A DNA stretch of 64,000 nucleotides from Porphyridium purpureum (lineage: Eukaryota). Below, in pieces: positions 42,843-54,033 of the stretch. Numbering within the stretch: the stretch's first letter is position 1; every line of letters starts with the position of its first letter. The stretch spans positions 372,001 to 436,000 of the forward strand of contig VRMN01000011.1 of assembly GCA_008690995.1 (NCBI GenBank), given 5' to 3'. Under the pieces are notes generated by a model. That model searched no databases and was not told where the DNA came from. It saw nothing but the letters and a program-made list of their open reading frames with translations. Position numbers and translations under genes: made by a program.

Positions 42843-43619
42843 ATGAGCGCGTCCATGTTTGACCTCGCTGGCCGCGTTGCGATTGTGACGGGTGGAAATG
42901 GCGGGATTGGGTTGGGCATTGCGGAAGGTTTGGCGTCGGCCGGTGCGACAGTTGTGGTGGCCGCACGCGATACAGACAAGTCGTTGAGCGCCGTGGAGCG
43001 TCTGAGTCGAGTGAGCAGTGCACGGCACAGTCATGTGCAGGTCGATGTTGCGGATGAGGCAAGTTGTCGCGCAATGTCGCAGTCTGTGGTGGACGCGCAC
43101 GGCCGCATCGACATTCTGGTCGCGAATGCTGGCATCACAGTGCGGAAAGCCCCCGAGGATCTCACGCCAGGTGATTGGAGCAAGGTTTTGAGCGTGAATC
43201 TCGACGGTACCTTTTTTGCTGCACAAGCAGTCTTCCCATTCATGAAGCAGCAGGGCGGCGGGAAAGTGATCACTGTCGGGAGCATGGCGTCTCTGTTTGG
43301 ACTGCCTTTTGCAGCCGCGTACGCCGCGGCAAAGGGCGGTGTGGTACAGCTAACGCGCTCTCTAGCTACGGCATGGGCCGCAGACAACATCCAGTGCAAC
43401 GCGATTCTGCCCGGCTGGATTGACACCGATCTCACGAGCGCGGCACGCAGCCAGGTCGAGGGCCTGCACGAGCGCGTGGTTGGGCGCACGCCTGCTGGGC
43501 GGTGGGGACGGCCAGACGACTTTGCCGGCGTCGCCGTGTTTCTCGCCAGCCGTGCGTCAGACTTTGTGACTGGCACCGCCCTGCCGGTAGACGGCGGGTA
43601 CTCTGTCAATGCGGGCTAG
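42843..43619 (+). CDS. Short-chain dehydrogenase/reductase (KduD/gluconate 5-dehydrogenase-like)
   Basis: TGGNGGIG, ANAG, YAAAK, NAILPGWIDT, TPAGRWG and DFVTGTALPVDGGY. Confidence 0.92.
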   Translation: MSASMFDLAGRVAIVTGGNGGIGLGIAEGLASAGATVVVAARDTDKSLSAVERLSRVSSARHSHVQVDVADEASCRAMSQSVVDAHGRIDILVANAGITVRKAPEDLTPGDWSKVLSVNLDGTFFAAQAVFPFMKQQGGGKVITVGSMASLFGLPFAAAYAAAKGGVVQLTRSLATAWAADNIQCNAILPGWIDTDLTSAARSQVEGLHERVVGRTPAGRWGRPDDFAGVAVFLASRASDFVTGTALPVDGGYSVNAG

Positions 43620-44490
43620 GCCGACTGAGCGCGCACGTGCCGATGCGCTGGCGAGTCAGCGCCAAAGACGCACATGACCACACCCTTTTATTGTTGTGCT
43701 CGCACATGGCTCGTTTGCACCGCGGACGGCTAAGGATGACGCAGGCGAAGGGTCGAGCGTAGACGAGCCACGAGCCGCCGAGCAGCGGCGTGTGTTGAAA
43801 CTCAGCATCCGCCCGCACGCCACTACCCAAACCTGTTGAAGCGCCGCTCTCCGTGCCGACCCAAACACGACGCGCCGCCCGCAGCTTCTGTGACCCACCA
43901 CCGGGCCCTCACCCTCGCACACGCCACCGCCCCATCGTATGTACAGTTCGACCACAGACCCGCAGCCCCGAAAGTACAGTCGCGCTCCGCCTGGATCCCG
44001 TTTATTGGCCGACACGACAAGAAGGTATTTTGTTGTGTGATGGTCTTACGCGCCGAGGACGCACAACTCAACCCGGAATAGAACGCATAACGCATTATGC
44101 AACTTACGCCGCATTACAAGGTGAACAGCATACACACACAAACACCCAAACCACCAAAATCACCATGAGGTTTATTGTTCCCTTGTTTTTTTGTGGCGGG
44201 TATTGCAGGGGGGGGGGGCTTAAATTTATACGTCCGATCTGAATGAACGTCTTTGTCCACATGTGCATATGCACGCAAGTCATTTCAATATGGAAATGGG
44301 ATGTTTTTGGGTCTATATTAGTATACTAGTATGGACGATCCATCCCTTCGACCATGAGTCCAAAAACTACCCATAGCACTAGTAGGAGTCGTACTAGGAG
44401 GAGTTGTACTAGTAGGCGCGTGCGTGTCGCGTTTTTCCTCCACGTGACGGCGACACTTGAAAACCCCGAGGCCCGAAACTCAAACTCACC

Positions 44491-44499
44491 TATAAAAGG
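44491..44499 (+). promoter_or_regulatory. Candidate TATA box upstream of the C2H2 gene
   Basis: TATAAAAGG in a GC-rich context, ~220 nt before the first plausible ATG. Confidence 0.4.
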
Positions 44500-44711
44500 G
44501 AGCGGCGGCTTTCAGGTAGAAGCGTGCGGGCAGACCGTGGATGGAGGCACAGACCCAAAACGCGTGGGGGCGGGTGGGTGGCTGAGGATGGCAGCGCGTG
44601 CAAGCAAGTGCGAGTGGCAGAAGGAACGGCGGTGACGCGCGACGTGCGGGGCCTGAGGAGAGGGTGTGCCGGGGGGATAGGAGAAGAGAGAGAACGAGTG
44701 GGTTTCGTGAG

Positions 44712-45422
44712 ATGGGAGAGAGAGAAAGGGGGATGGTCTCGTCCATCGCCATGGGGGGTGGACGCGCCTTTGCGTCGTTTTTGGAGCGGCACGACGCCGT
44801 GTCTCGTGGTCACGGACAGGGGCAAGCACATGCTGAGCCGTGTATGCGCGAGGAGAGGGCCCAGCCACATCTGCAGCAGAACGGGGAGGAGTATCAAGGA
44901 CAGCATCGGATCCCGCTGAACAGGGCGAACGTCTTGGAGCAGCCACAGCCGCTGCACCAGCGACAACAACAACCGCAAAGACAAGGCCAAGGCCAAAGCC
45001 AAGCAAGAAATCCGCAGAGGCAAAAACAACAACAACAACAACATGAAGACAGGGAACAAGCTAGTAGTTCTTTAACGCATAGAAGTGACTTTGCCGAGAA
45101 CTCAGAGAGTACCTCGGAAGCGCCGCCCGAGAACACTCATCGCGGCGGCAGAATGGCTCCATACTCAAAGCTGCCCCGCCTGAGGAGTAAGCTCGTGGCG
45201 GAGCAAGGCTCGAGTCTAGCGTGCCGCATGTGCCGCAAACCGTTCCGAAGACGATCGAACCTGAATAAGCACATTCGAAATCATCACGAGAACCTCAAGT
45301 CGTATCGCTGCAATTTGTGTCCGCTCATGTTCAAGCAGAAGAGTGGTGTGGTCAAGCACTTGAACATGAAGCACGACGTATTCATCGGGTCGAGCAGCGC
45401 GGGTAGCACGGCGGGCGAATAA
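44712..45422 (+). CDS. C2H2 zinc-finger transcription factor (two fingers, Gln-rich region); start uncertain
   Basis: CRMCRKPFRRRSNLNKHIRNHH and CNLCPLMFKQKSGVVKHLNMKH. Confidence 0.88.
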   Translation: MGERERGMVSSIAMGGGRAFASFLERHDAVSRGHGQGQAHAEPCMREERAQPHLQQNGEEYQGQHRIPLNRANVLEQPQPLHQRQQQPQRQGQGQSQARNPQRQKQQQQQHEDREQASSSLTHRSDFAENSESTSEAPPENTHRGGRMAPYSKLPRLRSKLVAEQGSSLACRMCRKPFRRRSNLNKHIRNHHENLKSYRCNLCPLMFKQKSGVVKHLNMKHDVFIGSSSAGSTAGE

Positions 45423-45944
45423 TCCTACGCCTTTGTATTTCACTGTGAACATATAACTACATGTCTAGAAAAAAAGGGTGAAAGATAGACAGAAACTGCT
45501 CTCTCTCTCTCATGTGACAACAAGAGCTGTAGAAGCGTGACGACCCCGGCGAGCGATGTTCGAGCGAAACCTTCCGTTGGACGAGGAAGGGCGGGGACAT
45601 CTTGCGCTGCATCTGCTCTTGCTTGACAAGACTTGGGCTTCCGCGCTATCATCGCACCTGGGCCGCGGTTACGATGAGAAGCTCGTTGACAAACTCGTTG
45701 CCTTTAGGTTCGACCGGTGCAAAGATGCGAAACGTCTTGACCTGCGCGACATTCCCGGGTCTATGGTATAGGAGTACAGAAAAGACGCTACATTTGGTGG
45801 CGAGATCGTTCAAGAGCTTTATTCTTATTGAGTGAGAAAGCGGATTTTCTTTTTTAGGAAAAAGGCGGAATGATTACTCGAAAACCAAATGAAGTGTTGC
45901 GCGAATGTGCCATACCTTCTCCATTATTTCTTCTCTTCCCTTTC

Positions 45945-47246
45945 CTACTGTCTGTTCCCGAACAAGCCACCGATCAGATCATTCAGATACGGCGGGACTT
46001 CTTCCGGTACCGAAACAAGAAACCCAGCTAGCTTTTCGTGCGCCACGAAGCGCAACTTGCGCCCTTTGCTTGCACGCCGGTCAACCTCCTTGCGCGACTG
46101 GTGGCGCGTTGAGCGAAGCAGGAGGCTCTGCTGGACACCAGCATCGAGGTGCGCGAATTGGCTCTGCTGGTCGGGCGCCTGCTCAATCACCATGCGCAGT
46201 AATTGTCGGTACAGCTCTCCATCGTCAAAACGAGCGCCTTGACTACCACTGTGATGACCACCTAGCACTTTCCGCAACACCAGCTCGGGCTTTTTGGACA
46301 CCAGTTCTTCCAGTTCCTGCATGGCGTCAAAGCCGTCCGCTCCGAAAGGCGCTGAACCCATCGTGGCTGGCTGTTGGGATGCAAGAAATGCCGAAGGCCG
46401 CGCAAGCTCGGCAGTTTTGCGCTGCCACTGCCGCAGTGTGCGCGCCATCCACGGCCGCGCTGTCGTATATGCCAACTCGAGCTCCTCACCCAGTGCATAA
46501 TCTCGATCACCGCTAGGTGGCCGTCTGTCCGCAAGCACAAACGCATCTGACCTGCTCCCGAGCTTCTGCAGTAGTCTGTAAATATCACGCGAGAGCAACG
46601 CAAGCTCCAGCAATACCTCTGCCTGACTCTCGTCACTGTCATCAGCCTGTCGGTCGGCGAGTCTTTGCGGCTCTTGAACCACACGGGACGAAAGCAGTGC
46701 CTGAATTTGAATTCGTAGTGACAGAACATAGTCAAACATGCGCGACTGGTGGGCAACACATCGCGCTTGTCGGAGCTCGGCTTCATGCTCCCGCCCCAGC
46801 AAATCCGCATGCATGGTGGAGCCGTGCTCGCGCGCAACCTTACCGAGCTCATCAAGAATTCGCAAATCATCCTCTGCGGTGTGGCGCTGCGGGCCTGCAC
46901 CTGTTCTCAAACGCTGCGTCGCGGAGTCGTCCTCCGAATGTGTCTCACTGTCAGAGTACTGTTCGTGCGACGGCGAGGGCGACGGGCCTTGCGCGTCATC
47001 GTCTGATGAAGGAGACGACGATTCTGATTGAAACGATGCTTCTAGCTCATCTTGTTGCGTGTCATCATCTAACGATTCCGATTCTGACTCATGCGCCAAT
47101 GCATCGATCCCTTGTTCCGCCCGCGTTGTGCGCTGCATTGCATACTTGACGCCATCGGGCACCTTCAGTTCGGCGCGCAGCCGGAGGCGCGGCCGACTCG
47201 AGCTTGGCGGCTCGTCATGCTCGGGGCTCTTGCGCTTCTGAACCAT
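45945..47246 (-). CDS. AATF: AATF/Bfr2 (TRAUB) ribosome biogenesis protein
   Basis: Acidic N-terminus, FDDGELYRQLL and VDRRASKGRKLRFVAHEKL. Confidence 0.9.
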   Translation of the reverse strand: MVQKRKSPEHDEPPSSSRPRLRLRAELKVPDGVKYAMQRTTRAEQGIDALAHESESESLDDDTQQDELEASFQSESSSPSSDDDAQGPSPSPSHEQYSDSETHSEDDSATQRLRTGAGPQRHTAEDDLRILDELGKVAREHGSTMHADLLGREHEAELRQARCVAHQSRMFDYVLSLRIQIQALLSSRVVQEPQRLADRQADDSDESQAEVLLELALLSRDIYRLLQKLGSRSDAFVLADRRPPSGDRDYALGEELELAYTTARPWMARTLRQWQRKTAELARPSAFLASQQPATMGSAPFGADGFDAMQELEELVSKKPELVLRKVLGGHHSGSQGARFDDGELYRQLLRMVIEQAPDQQSQFAHLDAGVQQSLLLRSTRHQSRKEVDRRASKGRKLRFVAHEKLAGFLVSVPEEVPPYLNDLIGGLFGNRQ

Positions 47247-47328
47247 GTTGCAACGCTCGGGTGTGTACAAGTCGTGGCCGCGCCGCCATCACCGTCGTCG
47301 CCAGACAACAACGCGCTGGTGATGTAAA

Positions 47329-47356
47329 TTAGGGTTTCAAAGTAGGGTTAGGGTTT
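47329..47356 (-). promoter_or_regulatory. Tandem telo-box elements (AAACCCTAA) upstream of AATF
   Basis: TTAGGGTTT at 47329-47337 and 47348-47356, plus an overlapping TAGGGTT, ~80-110 nt upstream of the ATG. Confidence 0.6.
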
Positions 47357-48052
47357 CTCATTGCGCTGCAGACCGGGCAGAAGTGCGAGGTGGCGTAACG
47401 GCAGCGGCCACGGGTGGCCACAGCCCGAATGGATGAACGGTCAAAACCAAACGTGGACGGGTCCCCATTCCCACCCCCATAACTTCCTTCTCACATGCAC
47501 CATCTTGCAGACTGAGAGTAGCCGTCTCCTCTCGGTGCCGAATAGCTTCAGATGCGCATGAGAAAACAGGGACGATTGTCGTGGCAGTGGACACATGCCG
47601 GCTCGCGAGCACAGAAATGTCAGAGCGCGGCGCGGAGTTCGAGCAGGTTTGGCACTTTGCGCAAAGAGTACTTTTTTTCCCCATCAAGCCTCACTATACA
47701 CATTTACTAAATATCCATATCCACCATACTTATACTAAAGAATTATTATCGGTGTCTCCTACATCCGCGGCCGCCGTGGCGGGCACGGACTCGGGACACA
47801 ATCTTCCACGCCATAGAGCGCACGCTCCTATTCCCCGTGAACCCCACTCTCCTAGGACTCCCAGCATTCCGCGAGACGGGCCATACGGACTTCCATGAAC
47901 CCCGCCTGGTCCCACATCTCGCGCAAGAATCATTTGTACAAGACCACACAAGTCCCACATGCTCAAACAAGCATACACATCATCAACATACACAAGCAAA
48001 TGGAGCCACAACTCGTTCACACGAAGCAAACACGGCGCACCTCAGATTCTGC

Positions 48053-48469
48053 TTAGGGCATGAGCCAAATGTCCTTGTAATCAATCTGCGCCTTGGCGGC
48101 GCGCTCCGTGACCGTGTTGCTCGAGTGCTTCCTGCTCTCTGCAAGTGTTGGCTGCAGCATGCCATGCTCCTCGTTCCTTCCGCCCGCGCCAGGGTACGAG
48201 CCCAAGCCCGGCGACAGCTCCAGGTGTGGCGGCATGGCGCCCGGCGTGGGCAGACTGAACACGCGCGGGAACGATGACACGCCCAGCGAGGGGCTGCGCG
48301 GGATACCCTCCGGCGTTTTCGGGGGCACCTGAATCACATCTGCCTTGCGCACGTACGGCGACATGCGCTCCATGCTCGGCGACATGGGCAGCTGGCTCGA
48401 GAAGTCGCGGAAGCCCCGCGACGAGCTCAGCGAGCGGCCCAGCGCGCTCAAGTCCGGCGACTTGTCCAT
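48053..48469 (-). CDS. Small Ser/Pro-rich hypothetical protein ending in IDYKDIWLMP
   Basis: 138-aa ORF with GC-ending codons and a purine-rich 5' leader. Confidence 0.65.
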   Translation of the reverse strand: MDKSPDLSALGRSLSSSRGFRDFSSQLPMSPSMERMSPYVRKADVIQVPPKTPEGIPRSPSLGVSSFPRVFSLPTPGAMPPHLELSPGLGSYPGAGGRNEEHGMLQPTLAESRKHSSNTVTERAAKAQIDYKDIWLMP

Positions 48470-49352
48470 CTCTGCTGTGCTCTCCTCTTCCGTCCCTTCC
48501 CTCCTCACTCTCTCAGTGAAAACCCGTAGCGTCCTTCACCGTCTTTTTTCTTCTTCACCACGACCCACGCACACTTTGCACACCTCTCCGCTTTCTCCCT
48601 CTCTCCGTCTCGCAATCTGCACGCCCCGCGACACTGACGGCGTGACCGCGATTTTTATATCCAAAAGCCGCATGCGCGCGCGGCGCGTTGACGCCCCCCC
48701 AAAAAACGCCTCGCGCACGAAATCTCGAACGCATCGCGTGTTCATACCAAAACCGCGCCGTTCGATCATGCGTCGACGCTCCGAATGTGCTTTTGTGCGA
48801 CCGGATCATCATGTTGTCGCGATGGCGTCATCACCGAAAACGACAGCGGAAAAACTCGATGAATAAAGGAAGAAAATAAAAAGGAAGGGGGCGTGGGTTA
48901 CAGGGTAGACCACGAAAGGCACGCAAAAGAAGCGTCTCTAGAATAAACCACCCCCAGGTCAGCGCAGACGAACATGATCCCTTGTAAAAGCGTCGTGTTT
49001 CACCAGAACCATTCTGCGTCAGCGGATCCTCCACGGAATCATTAGAATGACAGTGCGTAAGTAGGATGCCGTGAACACACCACAAATGGGTTGTTGTTGG
49101 TGTCTTCTCGCGTGTGCTTTTGTTGTGACAAAGCGGCGCCGCGCGTGACATCGACGCGCGGCGTGAGGTGATAGGGATGGCAGTGGAATGTGGATTCCAG
49201 CTCGCTTCCACGCGCCACGGAGCAGTGTCAGCATGCGTCCACGTGTGGGTCACGCGGTCGAGCGCCGGACTGTACTGCAGTACAGCGCGCGGCGCGGTTC
49301 GGCAAAGCGGTTCAACGGCGCACCGTGCGAGTCGATAAACCGCGGGTCGCCT

Positions 49353-49378
49353 TTTGGCGCGAAAGTTTGGGCGCGAAA
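49353..49378 (+). promoter_or_regulatory. Tandem E2F binding sites upstream of MCMBP
   Basis: TTTGGCGCGAAA followed by TTTGGGCGCGAAA; both contain TTTSSCGC on at least one strand. Confidence 0.6.
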
Positions 49379-49641
49379 GCGTGTTGCGGCTCGTGCGGTT
49401 TTTGGGTGCGGTGGTTTTCCCCCCGGATGGTGGAGCATCGACGAGGAAGAGGCGAGGAACAAGGGGACGTGGGAGCTGGTGCAGTGAGGCAGCAGGAGCA
49501 GGGTGAGACGTGTTCGTGAAGGCGCAGGTGCGGAAGCCTTCACTTGTCGGGGATACACACCGAGCGTCGGGAAGGGTTCGGCGCAAGTCCTTTCGGTTGC
49601 AAATTGAGTTGGTCTCGTTTTTCCACTGAGGCACACTGACG

Positions 49642-51561
49642 ATGGGCGCTCCGTCAGATCAAGGGCGGGATGTGGATGTGATCCACGCGCGCTTTGCGGC
49701 GGTCATGGCGCAGCGCGGTGGGTCGTCACCCGCGGCGCAGCTGAGCGATGTGCTCCCGGAGTTGGTTCGTGACGACGATGTCATGCTGGCGCATGCGCGC
49801 GATCTGGCTGCCGCGCCGCTCGCGCAGTTGCCGGAAGGCTCCATGGTTTCTTTCACGGGCATGATCCAGGATGTCTTTGATCAGCAGCTTTTTGTGTGGC
49901 GCTATGGGCCGTCCAAGCAGCAGACCACGCTGTTCTCTGACTCGCTCTGTGAGATGAGCGAGGAGAGCGTGGCTTCTATTGGGCACGGCGATCTCGCCGA
50001 GCGCTTGCCTGCGTACGTTGTGTCCATTCCCGGGCAGACCGACTGGACTTTGGGACGTGATGAGACACCCGTGGACGTAGATTCAGGAGTCATCACTCGA
50101 GTCGGGGCCGTGGACCAGGCAGATCGCTTGCGCAAGCGATCGCTGAGCTCTGAACAGGTTGCATTGGAAGATGGCGAGGAAATAAGCGCCTCTGATGCGC
50201 GTGCCAACGCGCACAACAAGCGCGCAGCCGGTGCAACAAGCGCTCCGCGACCATACACACAGTCTGCCTCGACTGCGGGAGGCCCTGCGGCATCGCTTGG
50301 TCTTAATTTGCCGCTGCAAGAGGACACAGCGAAGACGAACAGCCGCGGCGTGCTCATCAAGCTGTACCAGCGCGACCAATTTGACCAGCTGTTGCTAAAC
50401 CAAATCGTTCGGGTGCACGGCATTCTGGAGTACCCACAGCAGCCCGCAGCAAGGCAGGAGGCGGACAATAACGACCATCCCAGCGACCAATCCTTTATGG
50501 ACGTTTCCATCGATGATGCCGATGAAGCATTGGCGCGTAACCCACCGAGTGCGCCAATCCTTCATGTGGTCAGGCTCGAGGCGCTCAGCAAGGAGCAAGC
50601 GCAACCCATATTTCGTGGCCTGGACGTTGACAGCGCAAGGCGCGAGCTGCATGCAGTGCTTCCGTCCATGCGTACTTTACTCGCATCGTACCTCACGCGT
50701 AGTTTGGGCGGCGACGCACTCGCCGCAGAGTACCTCCTCGCGACACTCGTGTCTGGCGTCGAGCTGCGCAACGCAAATGTGGTGGCGGGCAAGTGCGTGC
50801 TCAACCTCATTTTGCCAGAAGATGCATCGTCAGCGGGTGACGAGAAGAGCGACAGCAGCATCAGCTTTGATGCGATAGTGCGCGTGGTGAAAAGCCTGGT
50901 TTCCCGGGTGGCCACGTTTGACATGAGCATCGATGCATTGAATACACAGACGCTAACGCCCGCACGCGACCTCGAATGCAACCGACTGCGTGCGACGCGC
51001 CTGCAACTCGCCGACCGAACGTACGTGCTCGTGGACGAAACACATCTGCAGCAAGGCACGCTTAGTGAGCTCGGGATCAAGAATGTACAGACCTTGGGGC
51101 AGCTTGCATCGCGCCAGCTCGTGTCGTACGACTTTAACTTTTACAACACCGAACTTTTCGTTGACTTTCCTATGATCGTCGTGTCGCGCGGCGCCCGCTC
51201 ACTCCTTCCAGCTGACTGCCGAGTTCGAGTGGTGCCGTCGTCAGCGCCTGTCAGTGATGCTGTGGATGCTAGCCCAAGCTTCCAGGAACTGAACAAGATG
51301 CGTCTTGCCTTGGCGCTTCTGTCTTTGCATGACGACCAATTTGATATTCCAGCAGACACGGCGGAGAAAATCGAGCAGCATTTTGTTGCCATGCGCGAGG
51401 CTCATCGGCAGTCGACGTCTTCTGTAGATCCGGTCGATGCTTTGCACAGCCTGCTCAACTTGGCTCGCGTGTTTAGCCGCGCGCACGGAGAGCACAGCCT
51501 CAACATTGAGCGACTCAAAATGGTGCTCGAATGCGAGTCAAATCGTGCGCTCCGAGTCTAG
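49642..51561 (+). CDS. MCMBP: Mini-chromosome maintenance complex-binding protein
   Basis: FTGMIQD, YVVSIPGQTDW, LGGDALAAEYLL, NRLRATRLQL, DETHLQQGTLSELGIKNV and YDFNFY. Confidence 0.92.
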   Translation: MGAPSDQGRDVDVIHARFAAVMAQRGGSSPAAQLSDVLPELVRDDDVMLAHARDLAAAPLAQLPEGSMVSFTGMIQDVFDQQLFVWRYGPSKQQTTLFSDSLCEMSEESVASIGHGDLAERLPAYVVSIPGQTDWTLGRDETPVDVDSGVITRVGAVDQADRLRKRSLSSEQVALEDGEEISASDARANAHNKRAAGATSAPRPYTQSASTAGGPAASLGLNLPLQEDTAKTNSRGVLIKLYQRDQFDQLLLNQIVRVHGILEYPQQPAARQEADNNDHPSDQSFMDVSIDDADEALARNPPSAPILHVVRLEALSKEQAQPIFRGLDVDSARRELHAVLPSMRTLLASYLTRSLGGDALAAEYLLATLVSGVELRNANVVAGKCVLNLILPEDASSAGDEKSDSSISFDAIVRVVKSLVSRVATFDMSIDALNTQTLTPARDLECNRLRATRLQLADRTYVLVDETHLQQGTLSELGIKNVQTLGQLASRQLVSYDFNFYNTELFVDFPMIVVSRGARSLLPADCRVRVVPSSAPVSDAVDASPSFQELNKMRLALALLSLHDDQFDIPADTAEKIEQHFVAMREAHRQSTSSVDPVDALHSLLNLARVFSRAHGEHSLNIERLKMVLECESNRALRV

Positions 51562-52628
51562 TCGGCTTTGAGATCTGCTTGTTTATGCTCGCCCTTGTAC
51601 TTCTTTCGTGAGGGGACGCTTTTGGACGGCGGGGTTGCTGAAACCATGCAGAGAAGCTCACGGTCATCTTTAGCGAGCATGGGGCATGTGCGAAGCGGTA
51701 CGACGGGGATCACGGGTTGCAAAGATGGATGGCAAGGCACCGGCGAACATTCGAGCAATCATAAAGAAGGTCGCCCGAATCCGCGGGATGGTCTGAGACT
51801 CATGTTACGCACCAGACGGACACCTTTTTATTTTCCTCGTGCGATAATGGACAAAGACGGCCAGACGCTTAATCTCGAAAATACCCACGCTGCTGAGAGT
51901 CACAGCAACTTCTCGATTGTGGGCGTCAAGCTCACAGATTGTCAAGGACTCCAAGCTTCGGTGCAAACCGAAAAGCAAAGCAGGCTCCATAGTTTGCATT
52001 GATGCTGTAGTGATAAAGACACGAGTTTCATGATGATGAAATCTTCGCTTGCGTATTGGCGATACTCCGTGGTCCCGTGATCCCTCGTCAAGGTCCTTCC
52101 TAGACCTTTCTTTCTCCAAGCCTCAGTCACCCAATTTGCCAGCGACGGATTGTTTTACTCCTGTAATTGGAATCTCCCGTGTATATGAGACGGTGAACAA
52201 GATTTTCGGAAAGCACAATCACTGCACGGCGGCTCGGCCTTTGCACACTCGGCACGGTCCTACACTAGAGGGCAACTAGCCAGCTGCTGCTCATTCGCCT
52301 GTGTGCTAAATCTCAAACCCTTCCTAAATACTGGCCTGCCCTTTGACTCGAGGGGCCCTACTTTTCTACGCACACTGTGGCAGATAGCAAAGATGATCTA
52401 GAAGTTGCGTCGCTGTCGTCTACTTAAGGGTCAAGTTGTAAATGGACATCGAGGAAAAGCAGATCCTGAGCCAGGATGACGGGCTGGAGGCGGACGCGCT
52501 CAGCGCAACACGTGTCTGCATACGGACTGTGAGAGAAACCTTGGCTGTAGAAAGGCGTGTGTGAGAATGCTAGTGATACCAGGTGCTCGCGAGAGACATA
52601 ACGCGTGATGCCATGTGAGCGTGCGATG

Positions 52629-52629
52629 G

Positions 52630-52676
<47 letters not shown>
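52629..52676 (+). repeat. (GTT)16 microsatellite
   Basis: Perfect trinucleotide run in intergenic DNA. Confidence 0.95.
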
Positions 52677-53187
52677 GCTTTCCTCCTTCGTGGGAATACA
52701 AGAGTGCTGACGCAGGCAGATTTGTGTGTCAGCAGCCATTGGCACTGCGCAGTCCTTCATAAACATCCATGCGCAGCTCTGCTTTTGCGTCCGCGCGCAC
52801 GCAGATCCCGCCGCGCTCCCCAGCACCCGCGTTGGCAGAAGATGAGCACGCCCGCTGTACACCATCATCAGCACTGTACCCATCCCATTGACACCACTGA
52901 ACCTCGTCACACCTGTACCGCGGACTTTCTATGAAAGAAGCGTGTTTTTATATGAAAAGGGCGAATGAGTGTAACGGTAGACGGAAAATGCAGGATGTCG
53001 CTTTTCGTGGTGCGTACAGACAGCGGAGGGCTGAGAGAGCAAGTAGGAGGGAGGGAGAGAGAGAGAGAGAGAGAGGAGAGAGCGAGACGAGCGGGGCGGT
53101 GGACGTGCGAGGAAAGGGCGTTGGTGGTGGTCGTCGTGGTAAGAAGGGTTACGAGTCGACGGCGCACGCCGGCGTTGTGTGGTCGCC

Positions 53188-53784
53188 ATGGGGCAAGGAA
53201 TGAGCCGCGTGTACGTGGAAAAGTACAAGCAGAAAAACGCGCGGACGGGCGGCAAGGGAATTTTGCTGATTGGGTTGGATGGCGCCGGGAAGACGACGGT
53301 ATGCTACCAATTTCTGTTGGGCAAGCACGTGCATACGGTGCCGACAATGGGGCACAATAAGGAGACGCTCAAGCACGAAGGGAAGAAGTACGACTTTTTC
53401 GACGTCGGCGGCTCGATGCTCGTGCGCGAGACATGGCGTTTGTACGCCAAGGCGGCGGATTGTATCATCTTTGTCGTCGATGCGCACGATAGATCTCGCA
53501 TTCCAGAGGCCGCAGAATCGCTCAAGAAACTTTTCTTTGGCGAAGACTACGAAGCCGCCGCCGCAAAGTCCAAATCTGTCAATTCGACCGCTTACGACAT
53601 TCCGTTGCTGGTGCTCGCCAATAAGCAGGACCTCGCTGATCCTATGAACTCGGATGAAATTGAGAAGGCACTGGACCTCGCCTCGCTGCCTGTGCGCAGC
53701 AGGATTGTTATCCCCACCGACGCAAAGAATGGCGAGAACATCCAAGCCGCACTCATGTGGCTCACGGGAGAGCTTGCAAAGTAG
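53188..53784 (+). CDS. ARF/ARL-family small GTPase (atypical switch II)
   Basis: MG start, GLDGAGKT, VPTMG, DVGGS, IIFVVDA and LANKQD. Confidence 0.92.
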   Translation: MGQGMSRVYVEKYKQKNARTGGKGILLIGLDGAGKTTVCYQFLLGKHVHTVPTMGHNKETLKHEGKKYDFFDVGGSMLVRETWRLYAKAADCIIFVVDAHDRSRIPEAAESLKKLFFGEDYEAAAAKSKSVNSTAYDIPLLVLANKQDLADPMNSDEIEKALDLASLPVRSRIVIPTDAKNGENIQAALMWLTGELAK

Positions 53785-54033
53785 CGGCTCAAATTCGCGC
53801 GGAACGACTTTCGGGTCGTCCAGACGCAGCTGAAGCTCTTTTTGTGTCTACTTTATTTCCTTGCCAGAATACGCTCACAAATCCCACCTGCCTTGTCCCT
53901 GGATTTCACAGACATCCCATGGGTCTTTCTGCCGTGCACGGTTTCATGTGTGCCAAGGCAAGCATGTACTGACTGCCATTAAAGTAATTTTTCATAAAGA
54001 CTGTCGAGTCCTTGTATCGTGCTTCGCAAGAGC

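Noticed and set aside
52500..52934. Poly-Asn and poly-Val ORFs
   Set aside because: Explained by the (GTT)16 microsatellite; no coding signal.
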